Shown here one piece after another: positions 14,586-25,429 of a stretch of 64,000 bases of DNA. The translations under genes were made by a program, and so were the position numbers. This stretch comes from Squalus acanthias (lineage: Eukaryota). The notes under the pieces were generated by a model. It did no database searches, had not been told where the DNA came from, and worked only from the letters and a program-made list of their open reading frames with translations. Where the stretch lies: contig CM059432.1 of NCBI GenBank assembly GCA_030390025.1, forward strand, positions 25,484,001-25,548,000, written 5' to 3'. Position 1 is the stretch's first letter; every line of letters begins with the position of its first letter.

Positions 14586-15181
14586 ATTTCGCACCAAGTT
14601 TCTGATCCCAAAGCTACTTTTGGTCTCAGTGCTGTAGCTACATCAAGCCCATTCACACAAATGCTGTTGTGTGTTGTGAAGGATATCTCTGTGCCATTGC
14701 AGCTCATATACTTTTGTAAAGTGGATGGACTCATATCTGCACACGAAGAAAGAGGTTATCCTTGTTATTGCACAATGAATATATTGAACACATATAACTT
14801 AATGCTCCTCTCCCACACTGCCCCTCTCCTCTAAGCACTGACACGCTTGGATGCAGTTCCACAAATGTAGTGCCAAAGTGAACATTGAGTGAAGACAGGC
14901 AATTCAATGAGGAGGGAATATCTTGGCCACGCCCAAGCTGGTTCTCTCTCAACAACCACCGCATATGTTTTGCAGTCAGCATCTTTGGATTGCTATAAGG
15001 ACCAGAAACACTGGCTATTGTTTGTCCTTTTGCTAGCACTGAGGCTAGTTCTGTGATCAGTTAACTAATGGATCGAACCTGGATACATAGTACACAGTGC
15101 GCAGTTTATTTAACCACTGAGAGAATCAAGGGAGTGCCATTTGAAAAGGGTCGAACCCCCAACAATGCAAAGGAACTAGAT

Positions 15182-16128
15182 GTAATATCTCCAAGTTTGC
15201 AGACGACACAAAGCTGGGTGGGTGTGTGTGCTGTGAGGAGGACGCAGAGAAACTCCAGTATGATTTGGACAGGCTGGGTGATTGGGCAGATGCGTGGCAG
15301 ATGCAGTATAATGTGGATAAATGTGAGGTTATCCACTTTGATGGCAAAAACAGGAAGACAGATTATTATCTGAACGGCAATAGATTGGGAAAAGGGGAAG
15401 TGCAACGAGACCTGGGTGTCCTTGTGCACCAGTCGCTGAAGGTAAGTATGCAGGTGCAGCAGGCGGTTAAGAAGGCAAATGGTATGTTGGCCTTCATAGC
15501 GAGAGGATTCGAGTACAGGAGCAAGGATGTCTTGCTGCAGTTGTACAGGGCCTTGGTGAGACCACACCTTGAGTATTGTGTGCAGTTTTGGTCGCCTTAT
15601 CTGAGAAAGGATGTTCTTGCCATGGAGGGAGTGCAGCGAAGATTTACTAGACTGATACCTGGGATGGCAGGAATGACATATGAAGAGAGATTGGGTCGAT
15701 CAGGCTTATATTCGCTCGAGTTTAGAAGAATGAGAGGGGATCTCATTGAAACTTATAAAATTCTAACAGGACTAGACAGACTAGATGCAGGAAGGATGTT
15801 CCCGATGGCGGGGGAGTCCAGAACCAGGGGTCACAGTCTAAAGATAAGGTGTAAGCCATTTAGGACAGAGATGAGGAGGAATTTCTTCACCCAGAGGGTG
15901 GTGAACCTGTGGAATTCTCTACCACAGAAGGCAGTTGAGGCCAATTCATTAAATATATTCAAGAAGGAGTTAGATATCTTTCTTAAGGCTAAAGGGATCA
16001 AGGGATATGGGGAGAAAGCAGGGACAGGGTACTGAATTTGGATGATCAGCCATGATCTCATTAAATGGCAGAACAGGCTCGAGGGGCCGAATGGCCTACT
16101 CCTGCTCCTATCTTCTATGTTTCTATGT
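15182..16128 (+). mobile_element. 5'-truncated CR1 (HER1-like) LINE; RT C-terminal frame open at 15226-16035
   Basis: SKFADDTK...WQMQYNVDKCEV...LYRALVRPHLEYCVQFWSP...RRMRGDLIETYKI; 3' UTR stem-loop and (TTCTATGT)n tail. Confidence 0.95.
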
Positions 16129-17399
16129 ATGCACTGTAATAATCTTGACTACTTACTGCATGCAGTGGCTGTGCATGTACTGGAATATGCAGGCCTTCAT
16201 TCGCTTTCTTTGTTTCGAAAGGATTATTTTCACCCCTTCTGTGCAGTTAAGCACCGCAGGCCCCTCTCAGGAGGGCACTAAAACTGATGAACGTGGAGGG
16301 ACGGAATGAAGCACATCGAGAAGAGATAATTAGTTATCTGTTACCCACCGTGGGTGAAGCAAATGTGCCCTTCCCCCTAAGAATGGGAGTTCTGTAATGC
16401 CAATAAAAGCTAATTACAGTCGAGGATATTGTCATTACTGTGTGAGATTCCTCTACACATTGGCAGCCGTTGTTGGTCATTAGGGCACCATTATCAATAA
16501 ACAAAAGATCATTCGCGGATCATTTACTCGGCAAGAGAAATAATTAGATGTTGCTAGTCTGGAATGCTAGTTTGTGAGGGGAGAACAGGCCAGTTATAAA
16601 GTGGAAGCCATTACTTTCTATAACACCAATAAAAAAAATACATGTAGGTGTGTGTATTTGACAAGTTAAATTATGTGCATCCTTGGTTGTAATTACAGCT
16701 TTATTCTTTACCCATTGTTGTTAATTCAAGGATCTGTTGTTATTCCATTTTCCCCCTTGCTATCCTCATTGTCCTGATTTTTTGGGACCAGGTAACTAAT
16801 ACAGCTGAGAAACTTAACAAATTTGTGGTTCTAACAGGCCAAGCACCGCTCCAGGAATGCAAATGCATAACATTTGCCATTCTGTCTTTCAACATGTAAA
16901 AACATCTTGAAACTAGGAGTTTGAAATAAAAATGGACGGATCACGATCGCCAAAACATCGGCATAACTCTCAGAATCCCGTGATAAAAACAGAATTTGTC
17001 TTATTCGGGACAATGTAGAGAAACAAATATATATTTTTTTGTTCAAACACCGCTGACTCGTCCCATTTCAATTTGTGGGTGTATTTCAATGTAGGTGGCC
17101 AGTGCTCCAGCCAGAAACAAGCAGTAGTCTGATATGTAAATCAGGGTCAAATGGTGTTGTTACAATCCTAACAGCATTTTGGTCTGTACCTGTATTGCGA
17201 CCGCCAGTTCCGCAATCCGCCCACAAACCAAGGGCCATCCAACAAGGTGGGAAGTGGCTATTTCCAGCGGTATTTAAAGGGATCCTCAGCTGCTCTGAGC
17301 TAAAATACTGGAAAGTTTTGGGAGACTTTATAGTGCCTGTAGATCATTCTGAGCCCTTACGAGGCTTCTGGCAGCGCACATTTTACATTATGGGGGTCA

Positions 17400-18294
17400 T
17401 TCCGGCAATTCCACTTTGGTCGGAGGGGGAGGAGGAGCCGGAGGAAGGAGCAAACAGCTGCCGCTGGAGGGAGAGCAAATAGAAGGAGGTGTGCTCACAG
17501 GAATCCTGTCCCTTCCAACAGAGGACAACATGCCTTCACTTCATTGTGGAGCAGTGTTTAAAGGGACTGCACTTCTCTAGAAGTTGTCATAGAGTGGTGT
17601 CACCTCCTGCAACAAGAACTGCAACCAACTGCCACAGCTAGCTCAGGATTGCATGTTATAGTCACGATCACTTCAGTCCTTGGCTTTTTTGCCTCTGGCT
17701 CCTTCCAGGCTGCCACAGGGGATATTAGTAACATCAATCAGTCTGCAGTCCACGCCTGCATTAAGCAAGTGACTGATGCCACGATTGCTAAAACAATTTC
17801 CATCATCTTTCCCATGGACATCCAGAGCAGCAGGATAGGGCTCTGGGGTTTGCGCAGATTGCAGGATTTCCCAAAGTCCAGGGCCTCATTGACTGCATCC
17901 TCATCACCCTACGTGCTCCTTCAGATGACCCCACGACCTTCATGTTTCGCAAGGGCTTCCACTCCATTAATGTGCAACTGGTGTGCGATCACCAGCAGCA
18001 TTTCATGCAGGTCTGTGTCTGCTTTCCTGGCAGCTACCATGATGCTTTTATATTGCACCAAACCTTCATTTCCCCTCCCTCCCCACTCTTTGCCCCTGTG
18101 CAGCAACTGGCTGCTTGGGGATAAAGGGTACCACCTGCCTCTTATCAGGAAAACACGGTCGGTGGCCGAACTACGCTACAATCGGACCCATGGCTCAACT
18201 GAAGCCCTTATCGAGTAGATCCCTGCACTTCTCAAACAATAATTCTGCTGCCTGGACAGGTTTGATGGTTTCCTGCACTACAGCCCATGATAGT
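17400..18294 (+). pseudogene. Decayed PIF/Harbinger DDE transposase, interrupted by the Gypsy insertion; element probably spans about 17080-23990
   Basis: Frameshifted motifs FFASGSFQAATGDISNINQSAVHACIKQVTDA, IAGFPKVQGLIDC, FRKGFHSINVQLVCD, FPGSYHDAFIL, WLLGDKGY, YNRTHGSTEALIE. Confidence 0.88.
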
Positions 18295-18509
18295 TGTCAT
18301 AAATCGCAAGTAACAACTCAGGAAGTACTACTGGGCGGCCAGCTGGGGCGCCGTCCAGGGAGTATAAATACTCAGGCATGGGCCCACCTTGGGCAGAGAC
18401 AATCTGGAAACAGGAAGCTAGTGACTGCTAACTAGACCTCCATGTTTTGTTACAAGTTGATTAAAGCCTTGCTTTATGTTCAAGTGCGTAGTGAGTCTTT
18501 ATTACGTCA
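18295..18509 (+). repeat. 5' LTR of the Gypsy element
   Basis: TG...CA termini; TATAAA near 18364; ATTAAA polyA-like signal at 18460-18465; identical to 22590-22804. Confidence 0.96.
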
Positions 18510-18510
18510 A

Positions 18511-18523
18511 TTTAATCAACTTG
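18511..18523 (+). promoter_or_regulatory. Non-tRNA primer-binding site, complementary to the element's own LTR
   Basis: TTTAATCAACTTG, 1 nt after the 5' LTR, is the exact reverse complement of CAAGTTGATTAAA (18453-18465 and 22748-22760); no TGG-starting tRNA PBS. Confidence 0.75.
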
Positions 18524-18609
18524 ATATCGTCTCCACGCTTTGGGTGATTCGGAACAACCAGCTGCAACTCGAACCACAGAAGGGAACTAGGGCAAGAAAC
18601 TGATCCATC

Positions 18610-21600
18610 ATGGAGAAACTCCTTAGACCCGCTCGTCTCGACCTGGACCCGAATGCACCTGCGGCAGCGAAGGTATGGAAGCATTGGTTTCGTACCTTTA
18701 GCAACTTTCTTGAAGAATGTGGGGCGGATGTCCCTAATAAGTTACGAATGCTTATCAACTACGTGTCTCCTCATGTGTATGATTATATTGAGGACTGTAT
18801 AGTCTATGACACGGCTATCGAAATCTTACAGCAGCTATATGTCAAGTCCCCAAATGAAATATTTGCTCGACACCTACTGGCCACAACTCGGCAGCAGCCT
18901 GGGGAATCACTCGATGAATTTCTCCAGAAACTTCGCAGGCTCAGCAAGGATTGTAACCTTAAAGCAGTTACAGCTGAACAGTATCAAGAGGAACTAATCC
19001 GCGATTCCTTTATCAATGGAATCGCGTCCCCTTTTATACGTCAGCGCCTGCTGGAAAATAAAACCCTCAATTTACGAGCTGCTTATGACCAGGCGTGTTC
19101 CTTGGACTTGGCCAAGAAAAATGCAGACACTTATCTCCCACCACGTGCACGGGCAGCGGCTATCTCCTTTAATGAGTCTTTCGGTAGGTCTCGGGCGGAT
19201 GCCCCCACTGATGTTGACTCTACTCTAACGGACGACGACCCTACCCTAGAGGCCTTCGCTGATGACGACCCCGCCCTAGCAGCATCCTGGCAATCAGGAA
19301 GAAAGTGTTTCTTTTGTGGAGGGGCATGCCATCACAGAAAATTTTGCCCGGCTCGTAATGTGACCTGCAATCATTGCAGCAAGAAAGGACACTTTTCCAA
19401 GGTATGCCAGTCACGGGCCTTTGCTAACAAGAAAGGCCGCTCCTCTAAAGTATACCGGTCGAGAGCTCCTGTTAGCTTCACAGCTGCTATCTATGGAGCT
19501 GCTCCTCCCCCAAGAACTACTGTTAAGGCTACAGTTGCCGAAGGGAAAATTGCCCCTCCTCCCATCACGGCTGTTTTTCCCCAAAGTTTGTCCCATGCAG
19601 CCACGAAGGTTTCAGTAAATGGGCACACTCTAAGCGCGCTAATCGACTCCTGCAGCTCTGACAGCTTCATTAGTAAGCGGGCTGTCAACAGGTTAAAACT
19701 ACACATTTATCCCTCGGACAGGGAGATTGCAATGGCTCTGACGACTCTGACCACCAATTCTTCTGGCTTCTGTCTGGTCAACCTCATCCTCAACGGCCGC
19801 ACGTATCTCTCCACCCGGCTCGGAGTACTCGCAAACTTATGCAGCGATGTGCTTCTGGGACAGGACTTCCAGAAGCAGCACAAGAAGATCACTTTTGAGT
19901 TTGGAGGGTCAAGGCCGGAGCTTACCATTTCTAAGGTGCCGTTTTGTGCACTCTCGGCGGCCTTACTCGGTGAACCCTCCCTGTTTGCCAATCTTCCCCC
20001 CCGCTGTAAACCCATAGCCACCAAATCGCGGCGCTTTAGCCAAGATGATCGAGCGTTTATTGAGGCGGAAATCTCTTGCCTTTTAGTCGACGGTATTATC
20101 GAGCCATGTTCCTCTCCCTGGCGGGCTCAGGTCGTCATCGTGAGGAATCCCTTAAAACAACATAAAAAACGTCTGTGTATCGATTATTCGCAGACTATTA
20201 ATCTATATACCGATCTGGATGCCTACCCGCTGCCACGCATAGATGACATGGTCAACAACCTTGCCAAATACAAGGTATTCTCGACCTTCGATTTAAAAAG
20301 CGCGTACCATCAGGTGCCACTGCAAGACTCCGACAAGAAGTATACGGCCTTTGAGGCCAATGGTCGGCTTTTCCAGTTTCGCCGCCTTCCATTCGGGGTC
20401 ACCAATGGGGTGGCCGTCTTCCAACGGGCCATGGATGGCCTAGTCCGGCAAGAGAACTTGGCGGATACCTTTCCGTATTTAGACAATATCACTATTGCCG
20501 GCCATGATCAAAAGGAGCATGACGCCAATCTTCAGAGATTTTTTGACGTACTCCGCCGTCGCCACTTAACGTTAAACGAATCCAAATCGGTGAAGTCGGT
20601 GCCATCGGTGAACATTCTTGGCTACTGGGTGGGCAACGGTGTTATTAAACCGGACCCAGAGCGACTTCGTCCACTTCAGGAGCTCCCTCCCCCGACGAAC
20701 CTCGGCTCTCTTCGTCGGGCACTTGGCATGTTTGCTTATTACGCAAAATGGATACCACACTTCTCCGATAAAATACAGCCCCTGCTCCATGCGAAGTCTT
20801 TTCCATTGGAAGCTACGGCTATTTCTGCCTTCAACCTCCTCAAACGACAGCTGGAGAAAGCCACGCTTCGCTCCATTGACGAAAATCTTCCTTTTGTGGT
20901 CGAATGCGATGCATCGGAGGTGGCGATCTCCGCTACCTTGAATCAAGGTGGCCGACCCGTGGCATTCCTATCCAGAACCTTGCAGGGTAGCGAGCTCCAT
21001 TACCCCCCCGTCGAGAAGGAGGCTACGGCCATCATCGAGGCTGTACGCCAATGGGGTCATTTTCTTGCTCGGCGTCATTTTACGCTTATAACTGACCAGC
21101 GCTCTGTGGCCTTCATGTTGGATAACCGGAGGCGCACGAAAATCAAAAATAATAAAATTCAACTCTGGAGGATGGAGCTGGCTGCCTTTGGATACACTAT
21201 CTGTTACCGACCCGGCAAACAGAACGTGGCCCCAGATACCTTCACACGGGCATTTTGCTCCTCAATGTCAACGTCGACTCTGGCGGATTTGCATATGGAC
21301 TTATGCCATCCTGGTGTGACCCGCATGTTGCACTTTGTGCGCTCCAAAAATCTACCATTTTCAACCGAGGACGTAAAGAAAACATGCTCCTCCTGTAGGA
21401 TTTGTGCAGAATTGAAACCACAATTCTTTCGCCCATCAGATGGCTTACTCATACATGCAATGCAGCCTATGCAGAGGCTCAGCATAGACTTTAAAGGGCC
21501 ATTGCCTTCGTCGACAAGGAACACCTACCTACTTACGATGGTGGACGAGTATTCACGCTTTCCCTTCGCCTTCCCCTGCCCTAATATGCTTACCTCTACG

Positions 21601-22551
21601 GTAATTAAATGCCTCGATCAGGTCTTTTCCCTTTGCGGGACGGCCAATTTTATCCACACTGATCGGGGTCCCTCCTTTATGTCGAGTGAACTTAAAAGTT
21701 ATCTCTCCCAACGGGGAATCGCCTCAAGTAGAACGACACCATATCACCCAATCGGTAACGGACAGGTTGAACGATACAATGCCATCATCTGGAACGCTGT
21801 CCGTCTGGCACTAAGGTCACACAACCTACCGGACCAGCAGTGGGAAACGGTGCTCCCCGACGCGTTACACTCTATCAGGTCTCTTCTCTCCACGTCTACT
21901 AATGTCACGCCTCATGAGCGATTCTTCAAATTCCGGCGTCGCTCTACACATGGGACGTCTCTACCGTCATGGTTGGTGGCTCCAGGCCCGGTGCTACTCC
22001 GGAGGTTCGTCCGGTCTGCCAAAAACGACCCTCTCGTTGACGAGGTGGAGTTAACGGAGGTAAACCCCACGTATGCGCACGTACGGTACCCTGATGGCCG
22101 GGAGACCACCGTCTCGCTCCGAGATCTGGCTCCCTGCCCAACCGGTCATACGGGCCCGAATGATGAAGGATCCCCCGACAATGATATCAACACTCCGCAC
22201 CCCTATGAAAATGATGCCCCGCTTGGGACATCGGGGGATCTGCCGGCAACGCTACCGGATCAACTCAGGGAGCTGGACGCTCCCCGTAGGATGGCCACCC
22301 GAAACCAGGACGCCAGACAATCTCCAGCCACGACCCGGGATGAGGCCAGCTCAGCACCTGTGGGGACCCGCACCCGGAGTCATGATATTCCCAGTCCTCC
22401 ACAGGATGATCAAGATGACGCGGACTCTACTGACTTACCGGTACGGGCCAAGCGACCCAGGGACCAGGACAGTGTCCGGGGAGACGTGCCTTCCGGTCAC
22501 AAGCAGAGAGCTAAACGTCTACGGCTATTTCTGGTCCGCCTAGTCCGTTAA
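18610..22551 (+). CDS. Gag-Pol polyprotein (1313 aa): Gag with zinc knuckles, aspartic protease, RT, RNase H, integrase
   Basis: Zinc knuckles CFFCGGACHHRKFC and CNHCSKKGHFSKVC; protease LIDSCSSDSFI; RT SPWRAQVV, LCIDY, YPLPRID, FDLKSAYHQ, LPFGV, YLDN; RNase H VECDAS...EKEA...TDQRS; integrase H-H-C-C then IDFKGP...HTDRG...QVERYN. The order RT-RH-IN is the Gypsy arrangement. Confidence 0.96.
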   Translation: MEKLLRPARLDLDPNAPAAAKVWKHWFRTFSNFLEECGADVPNKLRMLINYVSPHVYDYIEDCIVYDTAIEILQQLYVKSPNEIFARHLLATTRQQPGESLDEFLQKLRRLSKDCNLKAVTAEQYQEELIRDSFINGIASPFIRQRLLENKTLNLRAAYDQACSLDLAKKNADTYLPPRARAAAISFNESFGRSRADAPTDVDSTLTDDDPTLEAFADDDPALAASWQSGRKCFFCGGACHHRKFCPARNVTCNHCSKKGHFSKVCQSRAFANKKGRSSKVYRSRAPVSFTAAIYGAAPPPRTTVKATVAEGKIAPPPITAVFPQSLSHAATKVSVNGHTLSALIDSCSSDSFISKRAVNRLKLHIYPSDREIAMALTTLTTNSSGFCLVNLILNGRTYLSTRLGVLANLCSDVLLGQDFQKQHKKITFEFGGSRPELTISKVPFCALSAALLGEPSLFANLPPRCKPIATKSRRFSQDDRAFIEAEISCLLVDGIIEPCSSPWRAQVVIVRNPLKQHKKRLCIDYSQTINLYTDLDAYPLPRIDDMVNNLAKYKVFSTFDLKSAYHQVPLQDSDKKYTAFEANGRLFQFRRLPFGVTNGVAVFQRAMDGLVRQENLADTFPYLDNITIAGHDQKEHDANLQRFFDVLRRRHLTLNESKSVKSVPSVNILGYWVGNGVIKPDPERLRPLQELPPPTNLGSLRRALGMFAYYAKWIPHFSDKIQPLLHAKSFPLEATAISAFNLLKRQLEKATLRSIDENLPFVVECDASEVAISATLNQGGRPVAFLSRTLQGSELHYPPVEKEATAIIEAVRQWGHFLARRHFTLITDQRSVAFMLDNRRRTKIKNNKIQLWRMELAAFGYTICYRPGKQNVAPDTFTRAFCSSMSTSTLADLHMDLCHPGVTRMLHFVRSKNLPFSTEDVKKTCSSCRICAELKPQFFRPSDGLLIHAMQPMQRLSIDFKGPLPSSTRNTYLLTMVDEYSRFPFAFPCPNMLTSTVIKCLDQVFSLCGTANFIHTDRGPSFMSSELKSYLSQRGIASSRTTPYHPIGNGQVERYNAIIWNAVRLALRSHNLPDQQWETVLPDALHSIRSLLSTSTNVTPHERFFKFRRRSTHGTSLPSWLVAPGPVLLRRFVRSAKNDPLVDEVELTEVNPTYAHVRYPDGRETTVSLRDLAPCPTGHTGPNDEGSPDNDINTPHPYENDAPLGTSGDLPATLPDQLRELDAPRRMATRNQDARQSPATTRDEASSAPVGTRTRSHDIPSPPQDDQDDADSTDLPVRAKRPRDQDSVRGDVPSGHKQRAKRLRLFLVRLVR

Positions 22552-22577
22552 AGGAAGACTGGACTTCCAAACCTTTT

Positions 22578-22589
22578 AGGGAGGAAGAA
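22578..22589 (+). promoter_or_regulatory. Polypurine tract (plus-strand primer)
   Basis: AGGGAGGAAGAA directly abutting the 3' LTR. Confidence 0.85.
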
Positions 22590-22804
22590 TGTCATAAATC
22601 GCAAGTAACAACTCAGGAAGTACTACTGGGCGGCCAGCTGGGGCGCCGTCCAGGGAGTATAAATACTCAGGCATGGGCCCACCTTGGGCAGAGACAATCT
22701 GGAAACAGGAAGCTAGTGACTGCTAACTAGACCTCCATGTTTTGTTACAAGTTGATTAAAGCCTTGCTTTATGTTCAAGTGCGTAGTGAGTCTTTATTAC
22801 GTCA
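22590..22804 (+). repeat. 3' LTR of the Gypsy element
   Basis: Identical to the 5' LTR by eye; preceded by PPT, followed by TSD ATAGT. Confidence 0.96.
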
Positions 22805-23439
22805 ATAGTGGTTTGCTCTTCAGCAGCAGTTCATTGAAGAGCATTTCAGCTGACCAATCCATCCTCTCTTGTATTAATAAACATGTCCCAAATCACATCT
22901 AGTCCTTCCACCCTCAAATAAACTGCATCCGCTCAAAGATCAGCATTGTTAATTATGTCACCAGTTACTTCAGCAACACAATCTGCATACAAAGATTTCA
23001 AAAATTATTATAATTGTTATGCTTAATAACAATTCCTATTACTAATTATCGCCAAGGTGAGAGCTCCTAGTGCTTGTCTTAAGTGTTCTCTTTCCTATCT
23101 AGTGTTCCGACAAGGTTCTCCCCCTATGGCCACAGCATGGGAGGTGGAAGGCTGCTGTGGCTCGTGGTCAGCGACCTCTAGGAGCTTGGGCCTGAGAGTT
23201 CTCGCTGAGACTGCAGCAACTCAGTGGCTGCTAGAGCATTCTGGCCTAGCCAGCTTTCTGGCACCAGCTTAGGCAGTGGTAGAAGGCTCATCATGGTCCA
23301 GACATGCTGTCCTCCTGAGAAATGGCGGCATGTTCTATTCTCATTGCAGGACTGCCCATGCTATCGGGTTGCTGCTCAGCACTCACATTCATCTGCGGGA
23401 GATCAGACTGTAGGAGTCGCCTTAGCGCGGAGCCCAGGC

Positions 23440-23692
23440 AGTGCAGAGCCGCCTCAGTGTGGAGCCGCCTCAGTGCGGAGCTGCCTCATTGCGGAGCTGC
23501 CTCAGGGTGGAGCCGCTTCAGTGTGGAGCTGCCTCAGTGCGGAGCCGCCTCAGTGTGCGGCTGCTTCAGTGCGGAACTCACTCAGTGTGGAGCCGCCTCA
23601 GTGCGGAGCTGCCTCAGTACAGCACTGCCTCTGTGCGGAGCTGCCTCAGTACAGCACTGCCTCTGTGCGGAGCTGCCTCAGTGCGGAGCTGT
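23440..23692. repeat. Minisatellite of about 16-bp units (consensus GCCTCAGTGCGGAGCT)
   Basis: Roughly 15 tandem imperfect copies with no unique spacers. Confidence 0.9.
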
Positions 23693-24445
23693 CCCAAGTT
23701 CAATTTAGTTTTAAATAACACCTTAATCTATATAATTGACTGCACAGGCTAAGACATCTGCCCACTGCCATAGCAATCTTGAATTGCTAAGAAGGCACAG
23801 GCATTCCTAGCATCCAGATCTGCTCGGGCACACGCGACAGTAAGTATATCGGATGACGTATTTCCATCACTCGAATCTCATTACTACATGTCCACATTTG
23901 AATGGTCGCATTGTGTGTCCTCTGTCGGTTCCAGTGGAAAATTCACAGAATTGGTGGAGGATAATGGGGAGCACGTCCCAGTAATTTCAACCTGCTGAAG
24001 TTATCCTGGGGATTCTACATAAAATGTGTTTGAGCGGAGGTAGACAAGTTGCAAGAGCACTAAAATATTCCTATTTGTCACCAAATTGGCAGTCTCACTC
24101 AAAGAGGCTAGATCTTGACTGGTGTGGGAAACAGACGGTCCAGATAGGTATGTGAATTTGCTGTCCCTGGCGATGTGAAGCAGCAGAGTGTAGCCATGAA
24201 CAGCAATCTTTCAGGTTAGAAAGAGGTTATGTGTTAGACCCTTGCTATTTTTATTATCGACTAATGACTTGGACCGGTGCAACATTGAGGTTGGAGTTGA
24301 GGCCCACTGGTGTGGCAGAGTAAAAGAAATGTTATTCTCCATTGACTTGGACTGCTCGATGCTGACACTTGGATCGTGCAATGGGGTGATTACCCATATC
24401 CTTCACCTTGATCTGCACAAAAAAGCGAATAAAATGATAAATAGT

Positions 24446-24965
24446 GGGGCAGGTTTTAACTTTCAGGCGGTGGCCAGCGGAGCGAGCTGGCTGCCCACCC
24501 TTGCCAGGAGCGAAGAGGACAGAGCCATTTCGAGGCCTTGGCCTCCTTTAAATAGAACCGGCGAGTTGCCCGCCCCAAATGAGCCTCCCAATGCAGCTCG
24601 CCAGATTTAAGTCAGCATCATATCGGGCAGCGCAGAGGTGGTGGGGGCGGGGTGGTTGGGGTGGGGATTCACGATCATGGAGGGGGGAGCCTGGGCAGTA
24701 GTTGTCCACATTATTTTTGTGGGGCCTGGGGAAGCATTCCTACAAATAGCAATTGGGGTCCTTTGTATGTCATAGGACCCCGAATTGTATATTAAAAGGG
24801 CCTACCGCCTGAAACAGGCCAACGTTTCAGCCGCCCAATGGTAGGGCCCTTTAATAATGGAGGCATCGGAGGGTTGGCATTAAATAGGCGCTAAGTCTAT
24901 GAATCCCATTTTGAGGCCATTAGAACTTCATTAATACCGACTTTTACCAAGTTAAAATCGGCTCC
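24446..24965. mobile_element. MITE family D
   Basis: TIR GGGGCAGGTTTTAACTT / AAGTTAAAATCGGCTCC; TSD AGT. Confidence 0.8.
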
Positions 24966-25429
24966 AGTGTTTCTATTTTGATAAATCCCTTCATTGCAGG
25001 TTATGTACATTTCAGGTCTCATTCAGAATTCTTCACAAGTAAAGCTTCGGTTATACAAATGAATAATTTTTATCAATTCCTCTCTCGGAAAGAAACACTT
25101 TAAAAGGACAGCAATTCCTCTCTGTTAACCATTAATTGATCTTGCTCTATTTTAAAGTTTTCATAGCTATGTAATAATAAGTGGCATTTAACAAGGTACA
25201 CTTCAACCAGTTTCTGGATTTGGACTGGATTCAAAATGATGGACATCAGCTAGAATTAAGACATTTTGGAAGGAATTTTAATAGACTGTGTGTCTTTGAT
25301 CTCTCCAGCAGTTTAGATAGACATGCAAATTAGCTGTCTCTGACAATCTGGAGAAGCAGAGTTTAGCCATAAATGGAAATGTTCTCAGGCTGGATAGAAC
25401 TTATGAGCAGGACTCTTGCTATTTTGATT

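Larger units (their letters stand above)
18295..22804 (+). mobile_element. Full-length, apparently intact Gypsy/Ty3 LTR retrotransposon
   Basis: Two identical 215-bp direct repeats (TGTCAT...TACGTCA) at 18295-18509 and 22590-22804; 5-bp TSD ATAGT at 18290-18294 and 22805-22809; polypurine tract before the 3' LTR; single Gag-PR-RT-RH-IN ORF. Confidence 0.97.

Noticed and set aside
15226..16035. 269-aa and 303-aa (44675-45586) ORFs as host genes
   Set aside because: They are C-terminal parts of CR1 ORF2 in 5'-truncated copies.
17649..18218. Domesticated HARBI1-like host gene
   Set aside because: Transposase motifs are spread across frames with stops and are interrupted by a Gypsy insertion.
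22073..22551. env gene or chromodomain at the 3' end of the Gypsy element
   Set aside because: The Pol tail is low-complexity (P/D/T/R-rich) with no chromodomain pattern; the overlapping 156-aa frame has no signal peptide or transmembrane segment.
23440..23692. CRISPR-like array or Cys-rich keratin-associated-like ORFs
   Set aside because: Head-to-tail tandem repeat without unique spacers, no cas genes, eukaryotic context; the ORFs arise from stop-free repeat units.
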